Both the position numbers and the translations under genes were made by a program. A stretch of DNA of 64,000 bases from an uncultured delta proteobacterium (GTDB lineage: Bacteria; Bdellovibrionota; FAC87; UBA2466), in NCBI GenBank assembly GCA_963778115.1, contig CAVZSV010000005.1, positions 224,001 through 288,000 on the forward strand, in the 5' to 3' direction. Numbering within the stretch: the stretch's first letter is position 1; the number at the start of each line of letters is the position of its first letter. The notes under the pieces were generated by a model, which saw only the letters and a list, made by a program, of their open reading frames with translations, did no database searches and had not been told where the DNA came from. Below are positions 37,398-47,901 of this stretch, piece by piece.

Positions 37398-38366
37398 ATG
37401 CGTACAACCATGCGGGCGGTGGCATTTGATTGCTTTGGGGGACCCGAGGTCCTAAAGGTGGTTGAAGTTGCGACCCCGCAAGCGGGTCCCAACGAAGTCT
37501 TACTCCAAGTTGCCTATGCCGCATTAAATCCTATCGACTGGAGGATCAGAAAAGGGCAGTTCAAAGATCTCCTCCCTTATGAATTTCCCATCACTCCGGG
37601 CTTTGACGTGTCGGGGACGATCGTAGCGCAAGGCTGCGAGGTGAAAGGCTTTGGCATCGGTACGCGGTGTTTTGCCTATTCTCGCAAACCTAGTCTTCAT
37701 GCGGGAACCTATTCGGAATATACGACGATCGATGCTTCATCGCTAGTGGAAGTCCCCCGACGTTTGACCCTGGCGGAGGCGGCATCGATTCCTCTGGTTT
37801 CCCTCACCGCTAAACAGGCCCTGTTCGATACGGCCAAACTGCAAGAAGGGCAAACCGTATTGATTCACGGGGGGGCCGGTGGAGTGGGGGGAATGGCCAT
37901 TCAACTAGCGAAAACGCGCGGGGCCAAAGTTATCTCGACGGCGAGCCGAAGAAACCATCTCTATGTGAGAGAGCTGGGGGCTGACATGGTCATCGACTAT
38001 CAAGAAGATCCTTTCGCACGTCTCATAAAGTCGTTCCATCCCCACGGAATTGATGCTGTGTTGGATACCGTGGGAGGATTGGTCCTAAAAGAGAGTTACT
38101 CGGTCGTAAAACCCCGGGGTCAATTAATCAGTATAGTTGAGTCGCCCGATACCCTTCGCTCGAAGGAGCTTGGAATTTATTCTCACTTCGTCGAAGTGAC
38201 TCCCAGCGGGAAGGATCTTGGCGAAATCGCAGCCCTCTTTCAAGCAGGACAGCTAAGGCCCCTGGCCCTTACTATTTTTCCTATGGAGAATGCTAGAGCT
38301 GCTCACGAAAGAAGTGAGACGGGGCGGCAGCGCGGCAAGATCGTGTTACGGGTTTTCGGCGAATAA
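37398..38366 (+). CDS. NADP-dependent MDR-family (quinone) oxidoreductase
   Basis: FGGPEVL, LNPIDW, PGFDVSG, VLIHGGAGGVG, GKIVL; RBS AGGAGG. Confidence 0.93.
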   Translation: MRTTMRAVAFDCFGGPEVLKVVEVATPQAGPNEVLLQVAYAALNPIDWRIRKGQFKDLLPYEFPITPGFDVSGTIVAQGCEVKGFGIGTRCFAYSRKPSLHAGTYSEYTTIDASSLVEVPRRLTLAEAASIPLVSLTAKQALFDTAKLQEGQTVLIHGGAGGVGGMAIQLAKTRGAKVISTASRRNHLYVRELGADMVIDYQEDPFARLIKSFHPHGIDAVLDTVGGLVLKESYSVVKPRGQLISIVESPDTLRSKELGIYSHFVEVTPSGKDLGEIAALFQAGQLRPLALTIFPMENARAAHERSETGRQRGKIVLRVFGE

Positions 38367-38496
38367 ATTTCCAAATTGTCAATTTTGTGTTTTTCCTTCC
38401 ATTTGTTTCGGTTCTCACCTTGACCGAACTACGGGTTATTCATTATTGTTTTTTCGTTCAATTAATTGACGGAAGGCGCCCCGGTAGGACTCGCTC

Positions 38497-39153
38497 ATGC
38501 CACAGATCTTTCATCGAAGAACCAACACCATCTCGCGGGTCAGTCTCGTTGTTCTTTTCTTTGCCGTTATAGGATCGCTCGTCGCCATTTGGGCCATCGA
38601 TTCTTCTCCCTTTTCTACCGACGTGGGAATCATTCAAGAGCAGCCGGTTCCTTTTAGCCATGCGCATCATGTGGGAGATATCGGTCTCGATTGCCGCTAT
38701 TGTCATAAGAGTGTCGAAGTCTCACCGGTAGCGGGGGTTCCCGGCGCCAGTGTTTGCATGCACTGCCACACGCAAATTTGGCCGACGAGTCCGATGCTTG
38801 CGCCGATAAGAGATTCTTATAAGAACAATACTCCCGTCGAATGGACCCGGGTTCACGCGGTTCCGGATTTTGCTTACTTCAATCATAGTATTCACATCAA
38901 AAAAGGGGTCGGCTGTGAAACGTGCCACGGCCGGGTGGATCAGATGCCGTTGATGTACAAGCATGCTTCTTTGCAGATGGAATGGTGTTTGGGTTGCCAC
39001 CGATCTCCTGAGAAGTTCGTTCGGCCAAGAAGCGAAGTCTTTCATATGGGCTGGGAACTACCCGAAGGGACGACACAGCACCAGTTGGGAAAAGAGCTTG
39101 TCACCGAATATGACATTCACTCAAGAACGGATTGCTATACATGTCACAGGTAA
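38497..39153 (+). CDS. actA: Alternative complex III pentaheme cytochrome c subunit
   Basis: N-terminal TM; five CxxCH (CRYCH, CMHCH, CETCH, CLGCH, CYTCH); QPVPFSH. Confidence 0.93.
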   Translation: MPQIFHRRTNTISRVSLVVLFFAVIGSLVAIWAIDSSPFSTDVGIIQEQPVPFSHAHHVGDIGLDCRYCHKSVEVSPVAGVPGASVCMHCHTQIWPTSPMLAPIRDSYKNNTPVEWTRVHAVPDFAYFNHSIHIKKGVGCETCHGRVDQMPLMYKHASLQMEWCLGCHRSPEKFVRPRSEVFHMGWELPEGTTQHQLGKELVTEYDIHSRTDCYTCHR

Positions 39154-42029
39154 TTGAAACGACAACAGACGCACAAGCCCTAATGGCCGTAACCTCTGAG
39201 GCAAACGCCGGCTCTTCAATGACTCGTCGCGAATTCATGCGGTGGATGGGGGCTGTCGCCACTTTGCTTGGGACTGAAGGTTGTGTGAGGCGTCCGTTGC
39301 AGAAAATAGTTCCCTATTCGCGCATGCCCGAGGAATTAATTCCGGGAAGGCCTCTGTTTTTTGCCTCTAGCTTTCCGTCGCAGGGCTTTTCCATGGGGAT
39401 TTTAGTCGAGAGCCACGAGGGGCGCCCGACCAAGATCGAAGGAAATACGCTGCATCCGGCGAGTCTCGGAGCTTGCGACATCTTCATGCAAGCTTCTTTG
39501 CTTGGCCTCTACGATCCGGATAGAGCTCAGATCGTAACCCACCGTAGGCAACTGACGTCATGGGATAATTTTGGAACGAGCGTTCAAGAGGTCTTGAAGG
39601 GGACCGAAGGGGTTAAGCCGCGAATTCGCATTCTCACTGCACATACCACATCGCCTACGCTCATCAGTCAGCTTTCCCAGTTTGAGAAACAATATCCCGG
39701 ATCTCGCTGGCATGTTCATGAACCCTTGGGGCAGCAGAATGCCCTTCTGGGGAGTAAGCTTGCTTTTCAGACGGAAGTCGACCCCGTTTATGATTTGAGC
39801 CGCGCTAAGGTTATCCTTTCTTTGGATTGTGATTTTCTGACTTGGGGATCGGCCCATCTTCATCATGCCCGTCAATTTGGGAAAGCTAGAGAGGTAACCG
39901 AGAAATCGCCCGTAATGAATCGTCTCTATGTCGTCGAATCGACCCGATCTCTTACGGGGGCCTCGGCGGATCACAGGCTGGCGTTGCGGCCTAGTGAAGT
40001 GGGAGCTTTCTTAGAGGGCCTAAGACAATTGGCGTCGGGCCGAGACCAGATAACAGGCACCACCAAAAAATGGGAGAAATTTTTGGGGGTACTCTGGAAG
40101 GACTTAAAAGCGCATGCTTCTGAGTGTCTCGTCATGGCGGGCGAATCGCTTCCTCCCGAAGGCCATGCCGCGGTCCACTTTATTAATCAGAAGCTGGGAA
40201 ATTTCGGCCGTACGGTCACCTTCTTAGAGCCGATAGCGCAAGAGAGTCGCAGTGCGGGCTCCTTAGAAGAGTTAGTCCATGACATGCAAGAAGGGGTGGT
40301 CGACGCCCTTTTTATTTTGGGAACTAATCCGGCGTATTCGGCTCCGGCTATACGATTTTGCGAAGCATTAGGAAAAGTTAAGTACCGCGCCTGTTTAGCG
40401 GAATATGACGACGAGACTGCCCGACTCTGTGATTGGCTCATTCCCAAAGCGCACTACTTAGAGTCTTGGGGAGATCTAAGGGCCTTTGACGGAACGGCCG
40501 CAATCCAACAGCCTTTGATAGCCCCTCTTTACGACGGAAAGTCCGATATCGAATTTATGGCGCTCCTCTTAGGCCAGAAGAGCGTTAATGGCGATTCGAT
40601 CCTTAAAAGTTATTGGAAATCCAAAGCGGGTATCAGTTCCTTCGATAAGCAGTGGGATCTTTGGCTAGAGGCGGGGGTCATTCCAAAGAGTGAGGCGAAA
40701 CCAAAATCCGTATCGGGAGTGGTAAACGCTCCTGAGATAACCAGCGTTACCCAAGGCCCGTTTGAAGTCAGGTTTACGGCGGATCCTAGTATTGGCGACG
40801 GGTCTCACTCCAATAATGGATGGCTGCAGGAGCTTCCCAAGCCCTTTACCCACGTGACATGGAACAATGTGGTGTTGGTCGGCGAGCAGACGGCTTTGGA
40901 ACTTCAAGTATCTGATGAAGACCTTGTTGAAATTACAACTCCCACGGGGAAAATATCCGGGCCCATTGCCGTAGTTCCCGGCCAGCCTCAAGGGGTATTC
41001 ACACTGTTCTTTGGCTATGGCAGAGAAAATGCCGGGGTTTTAGGAAGTAACCGCGGATACAACGCTTACGCCGTCAGAAGCCATTCGCGAGAGTGGTCAA
41101 TTTCGGGGGTTACGGTAAAAAAGCTTTCTGCATCGCAACCGCTAGCGTTTACTCACGGTCACCACGAAATGGAAGGGCGAGACATCGTGCGGTTTGGTTC
41201 GCTCGCTCAGTTTGTCAGAGATCCAAAATTTCTCCATCACGAGCGCTACACGGAAAAAGAGTTTCAGCCCAATATCCCGGTCAATCCGGATCTATTCCCG
41301 CCTGCGGCAGAGCCTTACGCATGGGGGATGTCTATCAATTTGGGATCTTGTATCGGATGCAACTCTTGTGTCATCGCCTGCCAAACCGAAAATAACATTC
41401 CTATCGTCGGGCCCGAAGAGGTGAAGCGCGAACATGAGATGCATTGGATTCGGGTCGACACCTATTTTGAGGGAAAGGGAAGTTCGCAGAAGACTCTGTT
41501 TCAACCCGTTCCATGCATGCATTGTGAAACGGCGCCCTGTGAGTTGGTCTGTCCAGTGGGGGCTACCAACCATAGCCATGAGGGGCTAAATCAAATGGTT
41601 TATAACCGCTGTGTCGGAACGCGGTATTGCTCCAATAACTGCCCTTATAAAGTGAGAAGGTTTAACTTCTTCAACTACACCGACTCCATGCCTAAAATTC
41701 GCAAAATGGCGCAAAATCCGGATGTGACCGTGCGCAGTCGTGGCGTCATGGAGAAGTGCACGTACTGTGTTCAGCGTATTAATGACAAGCGGCTGACGGC
41801 GGAAAAAGAGAACCGCTTGGTCAGAGACGGCGAAATAAAGACCGCGTGTCAGCAGTCTTGTCCCACGAATGCCATTGTTTTTGGAAATCTCAAGGATAAG
41901 GCGAGCCGTGTTTCCAAGCTTAAAGAGAATCCCTTGGATTATGGACTGTTGGCCGAGTTGAACACGAAGCCCAGAACGACATACTTGGCCCGCGTTATGA
42001 ATCCCAACCCTGAGTTAGTGGAATCATGA
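39141..42029 (+). CDS. actB: Alternative complex III subunit B (molybdopterin-oxidoreductase-like + Fe-S)
   Basis: Tat/lipoprotein leader TRREF...GC; EGRPTKIEGN; Fe-S motifs CIGCNSC, CMHC...PC, CVGTRYCSNNCPY, KCTYC. Confidence 0.93.
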   Translation: MSQVIETTTDAQALMAVTSEANAGSSMTRREFMRWMGAVATLLGTEGCVRRPLQKIVPYSRMPEELIPGRPLFFASSFPSQGFSMGILVESHEGRPTKIEGNTLHPASLGACDIFMQASLLGLYDPDRAQIVTHRRQLTSWDNFGTSVQEVLKGTEGVKPRIRILTAHTTSPTLISQLSQFEKQYPGSRWHVHEPLGQQNALLGSKLAFQTEVDPVYDLSRAKVILSLDCDFLTWGSAHLHHARQFGKAREVTEKSPVMNRLYVVESTRSLTGASADHRLALRPSEVGAFLEGLRQLASGRDQITGTTKKWEKFLGVLWKDLKAHASECLVMAGESLPPEGHAAVHFINQKLGNFGRTVTFLEPIAQESRSAGSLEELVHDMQEGVVDALFILGTNPAYSAPAIRFCEALGKVKYRACLAEYDDETARLCDWLIPKAHYLESWGDLRAFDGTAAIQQPLIAPLYDGKSDIEFMALLLGQKSVNGDSILKSYWKSKAGISSFDKQWDLWLEAGVIPKSEAKPKSVSGVVNAPEITSVTQGPFEVRFTADPSIGDGSHSNNGWLQELPKPFTHVTWNNVVLVGEQTALELQVSDEDLVEITTPTGKISGPIAVVPGQPQGVFTLFFGYGRENAGVLGSNRGYNAYAVRSHSREWSISGVTVKKLSASQPLAFTHGHHEMEGRDIVRFGSLAQFVRDPKFLHHERYTEKEFQPNIPVNPDLFPPAAEPYAWGMSINLGSCIGCNSCVIACQTENNIPIVGPEEVKREHEMHWIRVDTYFEGKGSSQKTLFQPVPCMHCETAPCELVCPVGATNHSHEGLNQMVYNRCVGTRYCSNNCPYKVRRFNFFNYTDSMPKIRKMAQNPDVTVRSRGVMEKCTYCVQRINDKRLTAEKENRLVRDGEIKTACQQSCPTNAIVFGNLKDKASRVSKLKENPLDYGLLAELNTKPRTTYLARVMNPNPELVES

Positions 42030-43456
42030 GCGACAAACCCGAAAAACCGGAAATGCCGCCGAAAAAGCCAAAGAACGCGTTGCCTGCGGCCGAGAAAAAA
42101 CGCCGTCGCGTGACGCCCGTTATCGAACCGGGCCACACGCTTTCAACGGTCACCGATAAGATTGCGGCGATAACGCTGACACCAGGATCTCATTGGGGTT
42201 GGGTGTTTGGCCTATGCGTTTCGTTCTTACTGGTCCTCGTCCTTATTGGCTCCATCTGCTACCTCTTTTTGCGAGGGGTCGGAATTTGGGGAATCAATAT
42301 CCCGGTTGCTTGGGGATTTGCGATCATCAATTTTGTCTGGTGGATCGGTATCGGTCATGCGGGTACTTTGATTTCAGCCATTTTGCTTTTATTGCGACAA
42401 GAGTGGCGAACCTCAATTAACCGATTCGCTGAAGCGATGACCCTCTTTGCGGTGTGTTGCGCCGGACTTTTTCCGATTTTGCATCTGGGAAGGCCGTGGC
42501 TCTTTTATTGGCTGTTTCCCTATCCGAACACGATGGGGGTATGGCCGCAATTTAGAAGCCCTCTGATGTGGGACGTGTTTGCCGTATCCACTTACGGTAT
42601 CGTCTCTTTACTTTTCTGGTACGTGGGGCTTGTTCCAGACATGGCTACTTTACGCGATCGCGCGACTAATAAACCCGCGCAAATTATTTACGGCTTTCTA
42701 GCCATGGGATGGCGTGGATCGGCCCGCCACTGGGTGCGCTACGAGATGGCGTATTTGCTGCTCGCAGGCATTGCGACACCTCTGGTGATTTCCGTGCACA
42801 CGGTGGTGAGTTTTGATTTCAGCGTGGCCCAACTTCCGGGCTGGCATTCGACGATCTTCCCTCCTTATTTCGTAGCGGGAGCTATCTACTCAGGCTTTGC
42901 GATGGTGCTAACGCTCGCCATTCCCATCCGCAAGTTCTACAAGCTCGAGGATTTTGTGACGATGCGCCATTTAAACAACATGGCAAAGATCATGCTGGCC
43001 ACGGGAATGATCGTCACCTACGGCTATGCGATGGAAACGTTTATCGCCTTTTACAGCGGAAACGAATTTGAGCGGTTCGTTTTGGTTAACCGGATGATAG
43101 GTCCCTACGCCCCCGTGTATTGGATGCTTATTTTGTGCAACTGTACCATCCCGCAGCTGCTTTGGTTTAGAAAGGTAAGGGGCAATGTAGCGGCGCTGTT
43201 TGTGATAGCCCTGGTGGTAAATATCGGAATGTGGCTCGAGCGGTTTGTGATCGTCGTGACGAGTCTCCACCGAGATTTTTTGCCTTCGTCGTGGGGAATG
43301 TACATGCCCACCTTCTGGGATATTTCCACTTTCGTGGGAACCATAGGGCTCTTCCTCTTTTTGATGTTCCTCTTTATTCGTTTCCTGCCCGTAATATCGA
43401 TCGCCGAAATGAGAACGCTCGTTACGGATAAAGCGAAGGAAGGAGGGGGCCACTAA
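42026..43456 (+). CDS. actC: Alternative complex III NrfD-like quinol-binding subunit
   Basis: INFVWWIGIGHAGTLISA, FRSPLMWDVFAVSTY, WHSTIFPPYFVAGA, MWLERFVI. Confidence 0.95.
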   Translation: MSDKPEKPEMPPKKPKNALPAAEKKRRRVTPVIEPGHTLSTVTDKIAAITLTPGSHWGWVFGLCVSFLLVLVLIGSICYLFLRGVGIWGINIPVAWGFAIINFVWWIGIGHAGTLISAILLLLRQEWRTSINRFAEAMTLFAVCCAGLFPILHLGRPWLFYWLFPYPNTMGVWPQFRSPLMWDVFAVSTYGIVSLLFWYVGLVPDMATLRDRATNKPAQIIYGFLAMGWRGSARHWVRYEMAYLLLAGIATPLVISVHTVVSFDFSVAQLPGWHSTIFPPYFVAGAIYSGFAMVLTLAIPIRKFYKLEDFVTMRHLNNMAKIMLATGMIVTYGYAMETFIAFYSGNEFERFVLVNRMIGPYAPVYWMLILCNCTIPQLLWFRKVRGNVAALFVIALVVNIGMWLERFVIVVTSLHRDFLPSSWGMYMPTFWDISTFVGTIGLFLFLMFLFIRFLPVISIAEMRTLVTDKAKEGGGH

Positions 43457-43986
43457 TGGCGGCAGAATACGGACTGATGGCGGAGTTTGATACTCCAGAG
43501 GAGATAGTTAATGCGGTCGAAAAGACCAAAGCTGCTGGCTTTGAGAAGATCGACGCGTACGCTCCTTTTCCGGTCCATGGACTGGCGGAGGCTTTGGGAT
43601 TTACCAAATCGCGAATTCCCATGGTCGTCTTTATCGGAGGCCTCACGGGCGGGATCTTAGGCTATTTACTGCAATGGTGGTGCTCGGCGATCGCCTATCC
43701 CCTCAATGTGGGGGGGCGTCCGTTAAATAGCGTTCCCGCTTTTATTCCCATTACCTTCGAGATGACGATCCTATTCGCGGCCTTTTCCGCAGTCTTTGGA
43801 ATGTTCTTACTAAATGGCCTTCCGCTGCCTTACCATCCGGTATTTAATGTGGAGCGTTTCGCCATGGCTTCACGAAACCATTTTTTTCTTTGCATCGAAT
43901 CCAAAGATCCCAAGTTTTCTGTGAAGAACACACGTGCTTTTCTCGAAAGTCTAAAACCACGGGGGGTTTATGACATCGAGGAGTAG
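43456..43986 (+). CDS. actD: Alternative complex III subunit D (DUF3341)
   Basis: DAYAPFPVHGL, YPLNVGGRP, PAFIPITFE. Confidence 0.92.
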   Translation: MAAEYGLMAEFDTPEEIVNAVEKTKAAGFEKIDAYAPFPVHGLAEALGFTKSRIPMVVFIGGLTGGILGYLLQWWCSAIAYPLNVGGRPLNSVPAFIPITFEMTILFAAFSAVFGMFLLNGLPLPYHPVFNVERFAMASRNHFFLCIESKDPKFSVKNTRAFLESLKPRGVYDIEE

Positions 43987-44557
43987 GATTGAAGTAGTTA
44001 TCACTCTCGTAGTCATGGTGGTGGTCTCGGCCTGCGATATGGGTGACATGTACCAGCAGCCCAAATACAAGGCCTATGCGAAAAGCGATCTTTTTGAAGA
44101 TCAAAGATCGGCGCGTCCCCTGGTTCCTGGAACGGTCGCACGAGGGCATGCCAAGAATGACGATCTCTTTTTTACCGGAACCGCGGGCGGAAAGGCTTCC
44201 GACGTCATGCCGTTTGCGGTGTCTCAAGCGGATTTATTGAGAGGTAAAGAACGCTACAACATCTATTGTGCGCCTTGCCACGCCCAGACGGGGCTAGGAA
44301 ACGGTATGGTCGTACAACGGGGATTTGAGAAACCTCCTTCCTTGCATTCGATTGAGGTAAAAAAGCTCGGCGTCGGATTCTATTTTCAAGTCATCTCGAA
44401 TGGATTTCGAGACATGCCCGCCTATGGAGATTTAGTAAGCTTTAAGGACCGCTGGTTGATAGCAGCCTATATTAGAGCACTTCAATTGAGCAATGCGTTT
44501 CCCGTTTCCGAGTTATCGCCGCAAGGAAGGCAAAAAGTGGAAGGCAGTTCAAAATGA
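43970..44557 (+). CDS. actE: Alternative complex III monoheme cytochrome c lipoprotein
   Basis: Lipobox SAC, DMYQQPK, GTVARG, CAPCH, MPAY. Confidence 0.92.
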   Translation: MTSRSRIEVVITLVVMVVVSACDMGDMYQQPKYKAYAKSDLFEDQRSARPLVPGTVARGHAKNDDLFFTGTAGGKASDVMPFAVSQADLLRGKERYNIYCAPCHAQTGLGNGMVVQRGFEKPPSLHSIEVKKLGVGFYFQVISNGFRDMPAYGDLVSFKDRWLIAAYIRALQLSNAFPVSELSPQGRQKVEGSSK

Positions 44558-45720
44558 GTTCGAGCCCGGAATTAATTCGGCTTCATGATTGGCAGAAAAA
44601 AGCACTCGTAGCTGGAGTCTGTCTGATGGGGCTTGGAGCGGGTTTGGGTCTAATGAGCCAGCCCAATCGATTTTTCTGCAGCTATCTCGAAGGTTACTTG
44701 ATTTGCTTGGGGTTCACGCTGGGGTCGCTAGGAATTTGGATGCTTCATAATCTTGTGGGAGGACAGTGGGGAGATCCGATTGGCAGTATTGTGAGGGCTT
44801 CAGCGCGGATGCTGCCTTTGGTCGCTTTAGGGTTTATTCCTTTGGCGCTGGGAGCAAAGCTTATCTATCCCTGGATGAATTCTACTTTTATGCATTCGGA
44901 TCCGGAGTTAATGGCCAAAGTGTGGTACCTCAACTCTCCTTTTTTCTTTGGCAGGGCCATCGCTTTTTTTCTTACCTGGATGGCCATCGTATGGGGGGTG
45001 AGGCGGCTGTCGGGTCCTCAAAGCGCTATTGCAGGGTCGGATGCCAAACGAAAACTTCAGAATTTTAGTGGATTTGGTCTTGTCCTTTACGGTGGGAGTA
45101 TTAGTTTCGCGGCTTTCGATTGGGTCATGTCCTTGTCTCCTAGCTACTACTCGTCGATTTACGGAGTTTTGGTCTTAGTGGGCCAGCTCCAAGGGGCTTT
45201 TGCGTTTGTTACCCTAATGGCCATTCTTTTCCATGCGACGACATTGGTCCCTGAATCGGCAACACAGAAATGGAATGACCTAGGCAATTTACTTCTGATG
45301 TGTGTCATGTTGTGGGCCTACATGTCTTTCTCGCAACTTCTCATCACCTGGAGCGGCCAGTTGCCGCAAGAGATCGTATGGTACAACGTTCGCTTTAATG
45401 GCGGATGGCAGTACGTAGGTTTGGTACTGCTCTTCATCAACTTTGCGCTGCCCTTTCTTCTTTTGCTTTTTCGCAAAATCAAAAAAGACACCCGAGCGCT
45501 ACTTAAAGTCTGCGTCATCCTTTTAGTGATGCGCTGGATAGACGAAATATGGCTAGTCCTTCCCAATGCGACGCCTCACGGGTTTGCCCTAAATTGGCTG
45601 GATATCGTGGTGCCTTTGGGACTGGTAGCCCTTTGGTTTGCGGGATTCTTGTACTTTTGGAAATCGACGCCGTCACTGCCGAGAGGCCACGACGCGCAAA
45701 CTGCCCATTATGACGTGTAG
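44554..45720 (+). CDS. actF: Alternative complex III subunit F
   Basis: Polytopic; DWVMSL...YSSIYG, DLGNLL, WAYMSFSQLLITW. Confidence 0.9.
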   Translation: MSSSPELIRLHDWQKKALVAGVCLMGLGAGLGLMSQPNRFFCSYLEGYLICLGFTLGSLGIWMLHNLVGGQWGDPIGSIVRASARMLPLVALGFIPLALGAKLIYPWMNSTFMHSDPELMAKVWYLNSPFFFGRAIAFFLTWMAIVWGVRRLSGPQSAIAGSDAKRKLQNFSGFGLVLYGGSISFAAFDWVMSLSPSYYSSIYGVLVLVGQLQGAFAFVTLMAILFHATTLVPESATQKWNDLGNLLLMCVMLWAYMSFSQLLITWSGQLPQEIVWYNVRFNGGWQYVGLVLLFINFALPFLLLLFRKIKKDTRALLKVCVILLVMRWIDEIWLVLPNATPHGFALNWLDIVVPLGLVALWFAGFLYFWKSTPSLPRGHDAQTAHYDV

Positions 45721-45728
45721 AGGAGAAA

Positions 45729-46145
45729 ATGTCCGACAAAAACGAACATGCTAAGCCCGAATACGAACAAAGCGATATCAATTTAAAGCCGGTCCTTTTG
45801 GGTGCAGCCGTACTTGCCGCTTTTGTCGTTGTCCTCTGTCTGGGGCTAAAGCCACTGTTTCGCTATCGAAAATCCCTTCACGAGGTGAGTAACTCTGTCG
45901 CCCGTCCGACCGATCCGATGTATTTCGTTGAGGATAAGTTTTCCAAACCGTTGCTGCAGCCGGAACCCAAGAAGGATCTTAAAACCTTCCGATTGGAAGA
46001 ACAGGCTTGGCTTACTAGTTACGGCTGGGCGGACAAAGAGCACGGTCTTGCGAAAGTTCCCGTCGACGAGGCGATAGCCTTGCTATTAAAGCGAGGACTT
46101 CCCACCCGATCCGAGGGAAGAGCGGGGGGAGTGGATACACCATGA
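45729..46145 (+). CDS. actG: Alternative complex III subunit G-like
   Basis: Single TM; YEQSDI, PLLQ, LTSYGWAD...VPVDEAI; position between actF and sco. Confidence 0.75.
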   Translation: MSDKNEHAKPEYEQSDINLKPVLLGAAVLAAFVVVLCLGLKPLFRYRKSLHEVSNSVARPTDPMYFVEDKFSKPLLQPEPKKDLKTFRLEEQAWLTSYGWADKEHGLAKVPVDEAIALLLKRGLPTRSEGRAGGVDTP

Positions 46146-46969
46146 AGCGTCCGTTCTGGCAAACAGCCCTGTGTCTGGTGATGGGAATATTTTCGCTGCG
46201 GTGCTTTGCCGAAGCGGGTGGGTCGTTAAATACTCTACCCGAAATCGAAAAAAAAATTGGCTTCGATCAGCGTATCGATCAGTCGATCGATCTTCACCTT
46301 CCCTTTGTGAACGAGGAGGGAAAGCACATTGAGCTTTCCGACCTTTTTCATTCAGGTCCGGTGGTCTTGGCGTTGGTGTATTACGGCTGTCCCAACCTCT
46401 GTACGCTAACCCTCGATGGACTCTTTAAGGCACTCCAAGAACTTCCGTTTGACGCGGGTAAAAAGTTTTCGGTGGCCGTCGTCAGTATTGATCCCAACGA
46501 AAGGCCGGCCCTTGCCGCCGAGAAGCGAACGAAATATCTGCAACAATACCACCGAACCTCGGGAGCTTCGGGCATCCATTTTCTGACCGCAGACGAGGCT
46601 TCGATCGCTAAGCTCACGAAGAGCGTCGGTTTTCGTTACTCTTACGACGAGAGGTCCAAACAGTTTGCCCATCCGGCCGGGATTACGGTACTGACACCGG
46701 ACGGGACTATCTCGCGTTATCTCTTTGGAATTGAATACGCCGGCAAGGACATGCGCTTTGCACTTTTAGATGCTTCGGAAGGAAAGGTGGGCACTTCAGT
46801 CGATAAGTTTTTGATGTTCTGCTACCACTACGATCCCTTTCAGGGTTCCTACGGGTTTATGGTTATCCGTCTTCTTAGAGTTTCGGCCGCGGCAACCGTG
46901 ATAGGGCTTATCGGATTAATTGGATTTCTACTGACGAAAGAACGACGGCGTAGGGGAGATAAGGCATGA
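46142..46969 (+). CDS. SCO/SenC copper chaperone
   Basis: YYGCPNLC, VSIDP, FAHPAG. Confidence 0.93.
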   Translation: MKRPFWQTALCLVMGIFSLRCFAEAGGSLNTLPEIEKKIGFDQRIDQSIDLHLPFVNEEGKHIELSDLFHSGPVVLALVYYGCPNLCTLTLDGLFKALQELPFDAGKKFSVAVVSIDPNERPALAAEKRTKYLQQYHRTSGASGIHFLTADEASIAKLTKSVGFRYSYDERSKQFAHPAGITVLTPDGTISRYLFGIEYAGKDMRFALLDASEGKVGTSVDKFLMFCYHYDPFQGSYGFMVIRLLRVSAAATVIGLIGLIGFLLTKERRRRGDKA

Positions 46970-47901
46970 ACGAGCGACTAAGCCTACTTCCCGAAGCCGC
47001 ATCGACTTTTGCTCCAAAGGTTGACCTCATTTTATATTCTCTTATTGGCGTCACGGCATTTTTTGTCGTCTTGATTGCATTTTTCATTGTCTATTTCTCT
47101 CGCAAATTCAGCCGAAAGAATAACCCCGGTGTTCCTCCGATTACCAAGACCTACATGCCTTTGGAGATCGGCTGGACGGTTATTCCGCTTTTGATTGCGC
47201 TAGCCTTCTTCTGGTGGGGGGCCAAGCTCTTTTTGGCCGAGAAATCCAACGGCCCCAAGGACGCTTACGAAGTGTATGTCTTAGGAAAACAGTGGATGTG
47301 GAAGTTCCAGCATCCGGGCGGCCGCTTAGAGATTAACGAGCTGCATGTGCCGGTAGGTAAGCCAGTCAGGCTTATTATGGTGAGCGAAGATGTGATTCAT
47401 GATCTATTCGTCCCGGCCTTTCGTACCAAACAGGACGTTCTTCCGATGCGCTATACGACGTTGTGGTTTGAGCCGACAAAAGAGGGTACGTACCATCTTT
47501 TTTGTTCTCAGTACTGCGGAACCAAACATTCAGCGATGGTGGGAGAGGTGGTGGCCATGACCCCCAGTCGCTTTGAAAAGTGGTTGGAAGGGGTGACTGG
47601 TGCTCATCCCATTGCCCAGGGGGGAGAGGCTCTTTTAGATCAATTAGGATGCCGCACCTGCCACCGTCCAAACTCAACGCAGATGGCCCCTTTTCTTGAA
47701 GCACTATACGGATCGAGAGTCGCTCTTTCTGATGGAAAGTCGGTATTGGCCGACGAAAACTATATCCGGGAATCGATTTTGGATCCCAAAGCTAAAGTGG
47801 TGCAAGGCTATCAGCCGGTCATGCCGTCGTATCAAGGTAGAGTGACTGAAGCGGACCTGATTCAAATTGTCTCTTATCTCAAATCGGTGGGTGCCAAATG
47901 A
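46966..47901 (+). CDS. coxB: Cytochrome c oxidase subunit II with fused cytochrome c (caa3)
   Basis: [17 protein letters not shown], CuA motif [13 protein letters not shown]-terminal CRTCH...MP. Confidence 0.96.
   Translation: MNERLSLLPEAASTFAPKVDLILYSLIGVTAFFVVLIAFFIVYFSRKFSRKNNPGVPPITKTYMPLEIGWTVIPLLIALAFFWWGAKLFLAEKSNGPKDAYEVYVLGKQWMWKFQHPGGRLEINELHVPVGKPVRLIMVSEDVIHDLFVPAFRTKQDVLPMRYTTLWFEPTKEGTYHLFCSQYCGTKHSAMVGEVVAMTPSRFEKWLEGVTGAHPIAQGGEALLDQLGCRTCHRPNSTQMAPFLEALYGSRVALSDGKSVLADENYIRESILDPKAKVVQGYQPVMPSYQGRVTEADLIQIVSYLKSVGAK

Noticed and set aside
38458..38469. Palindrome TCAATTAATTGA upstream of actA as an FNR/CRP site
   Set aside because: Half-sites are in the wrong orientation for TTGAT-N4-ATCAA, and AT-rich palindromes arise easily by chance.
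39141..42029. Catalytic molybdoenzyme (nitrate/polysulfide reductase)
   Set aside because: Operon context identifies ActB, which is known not to bind molybdopterin.
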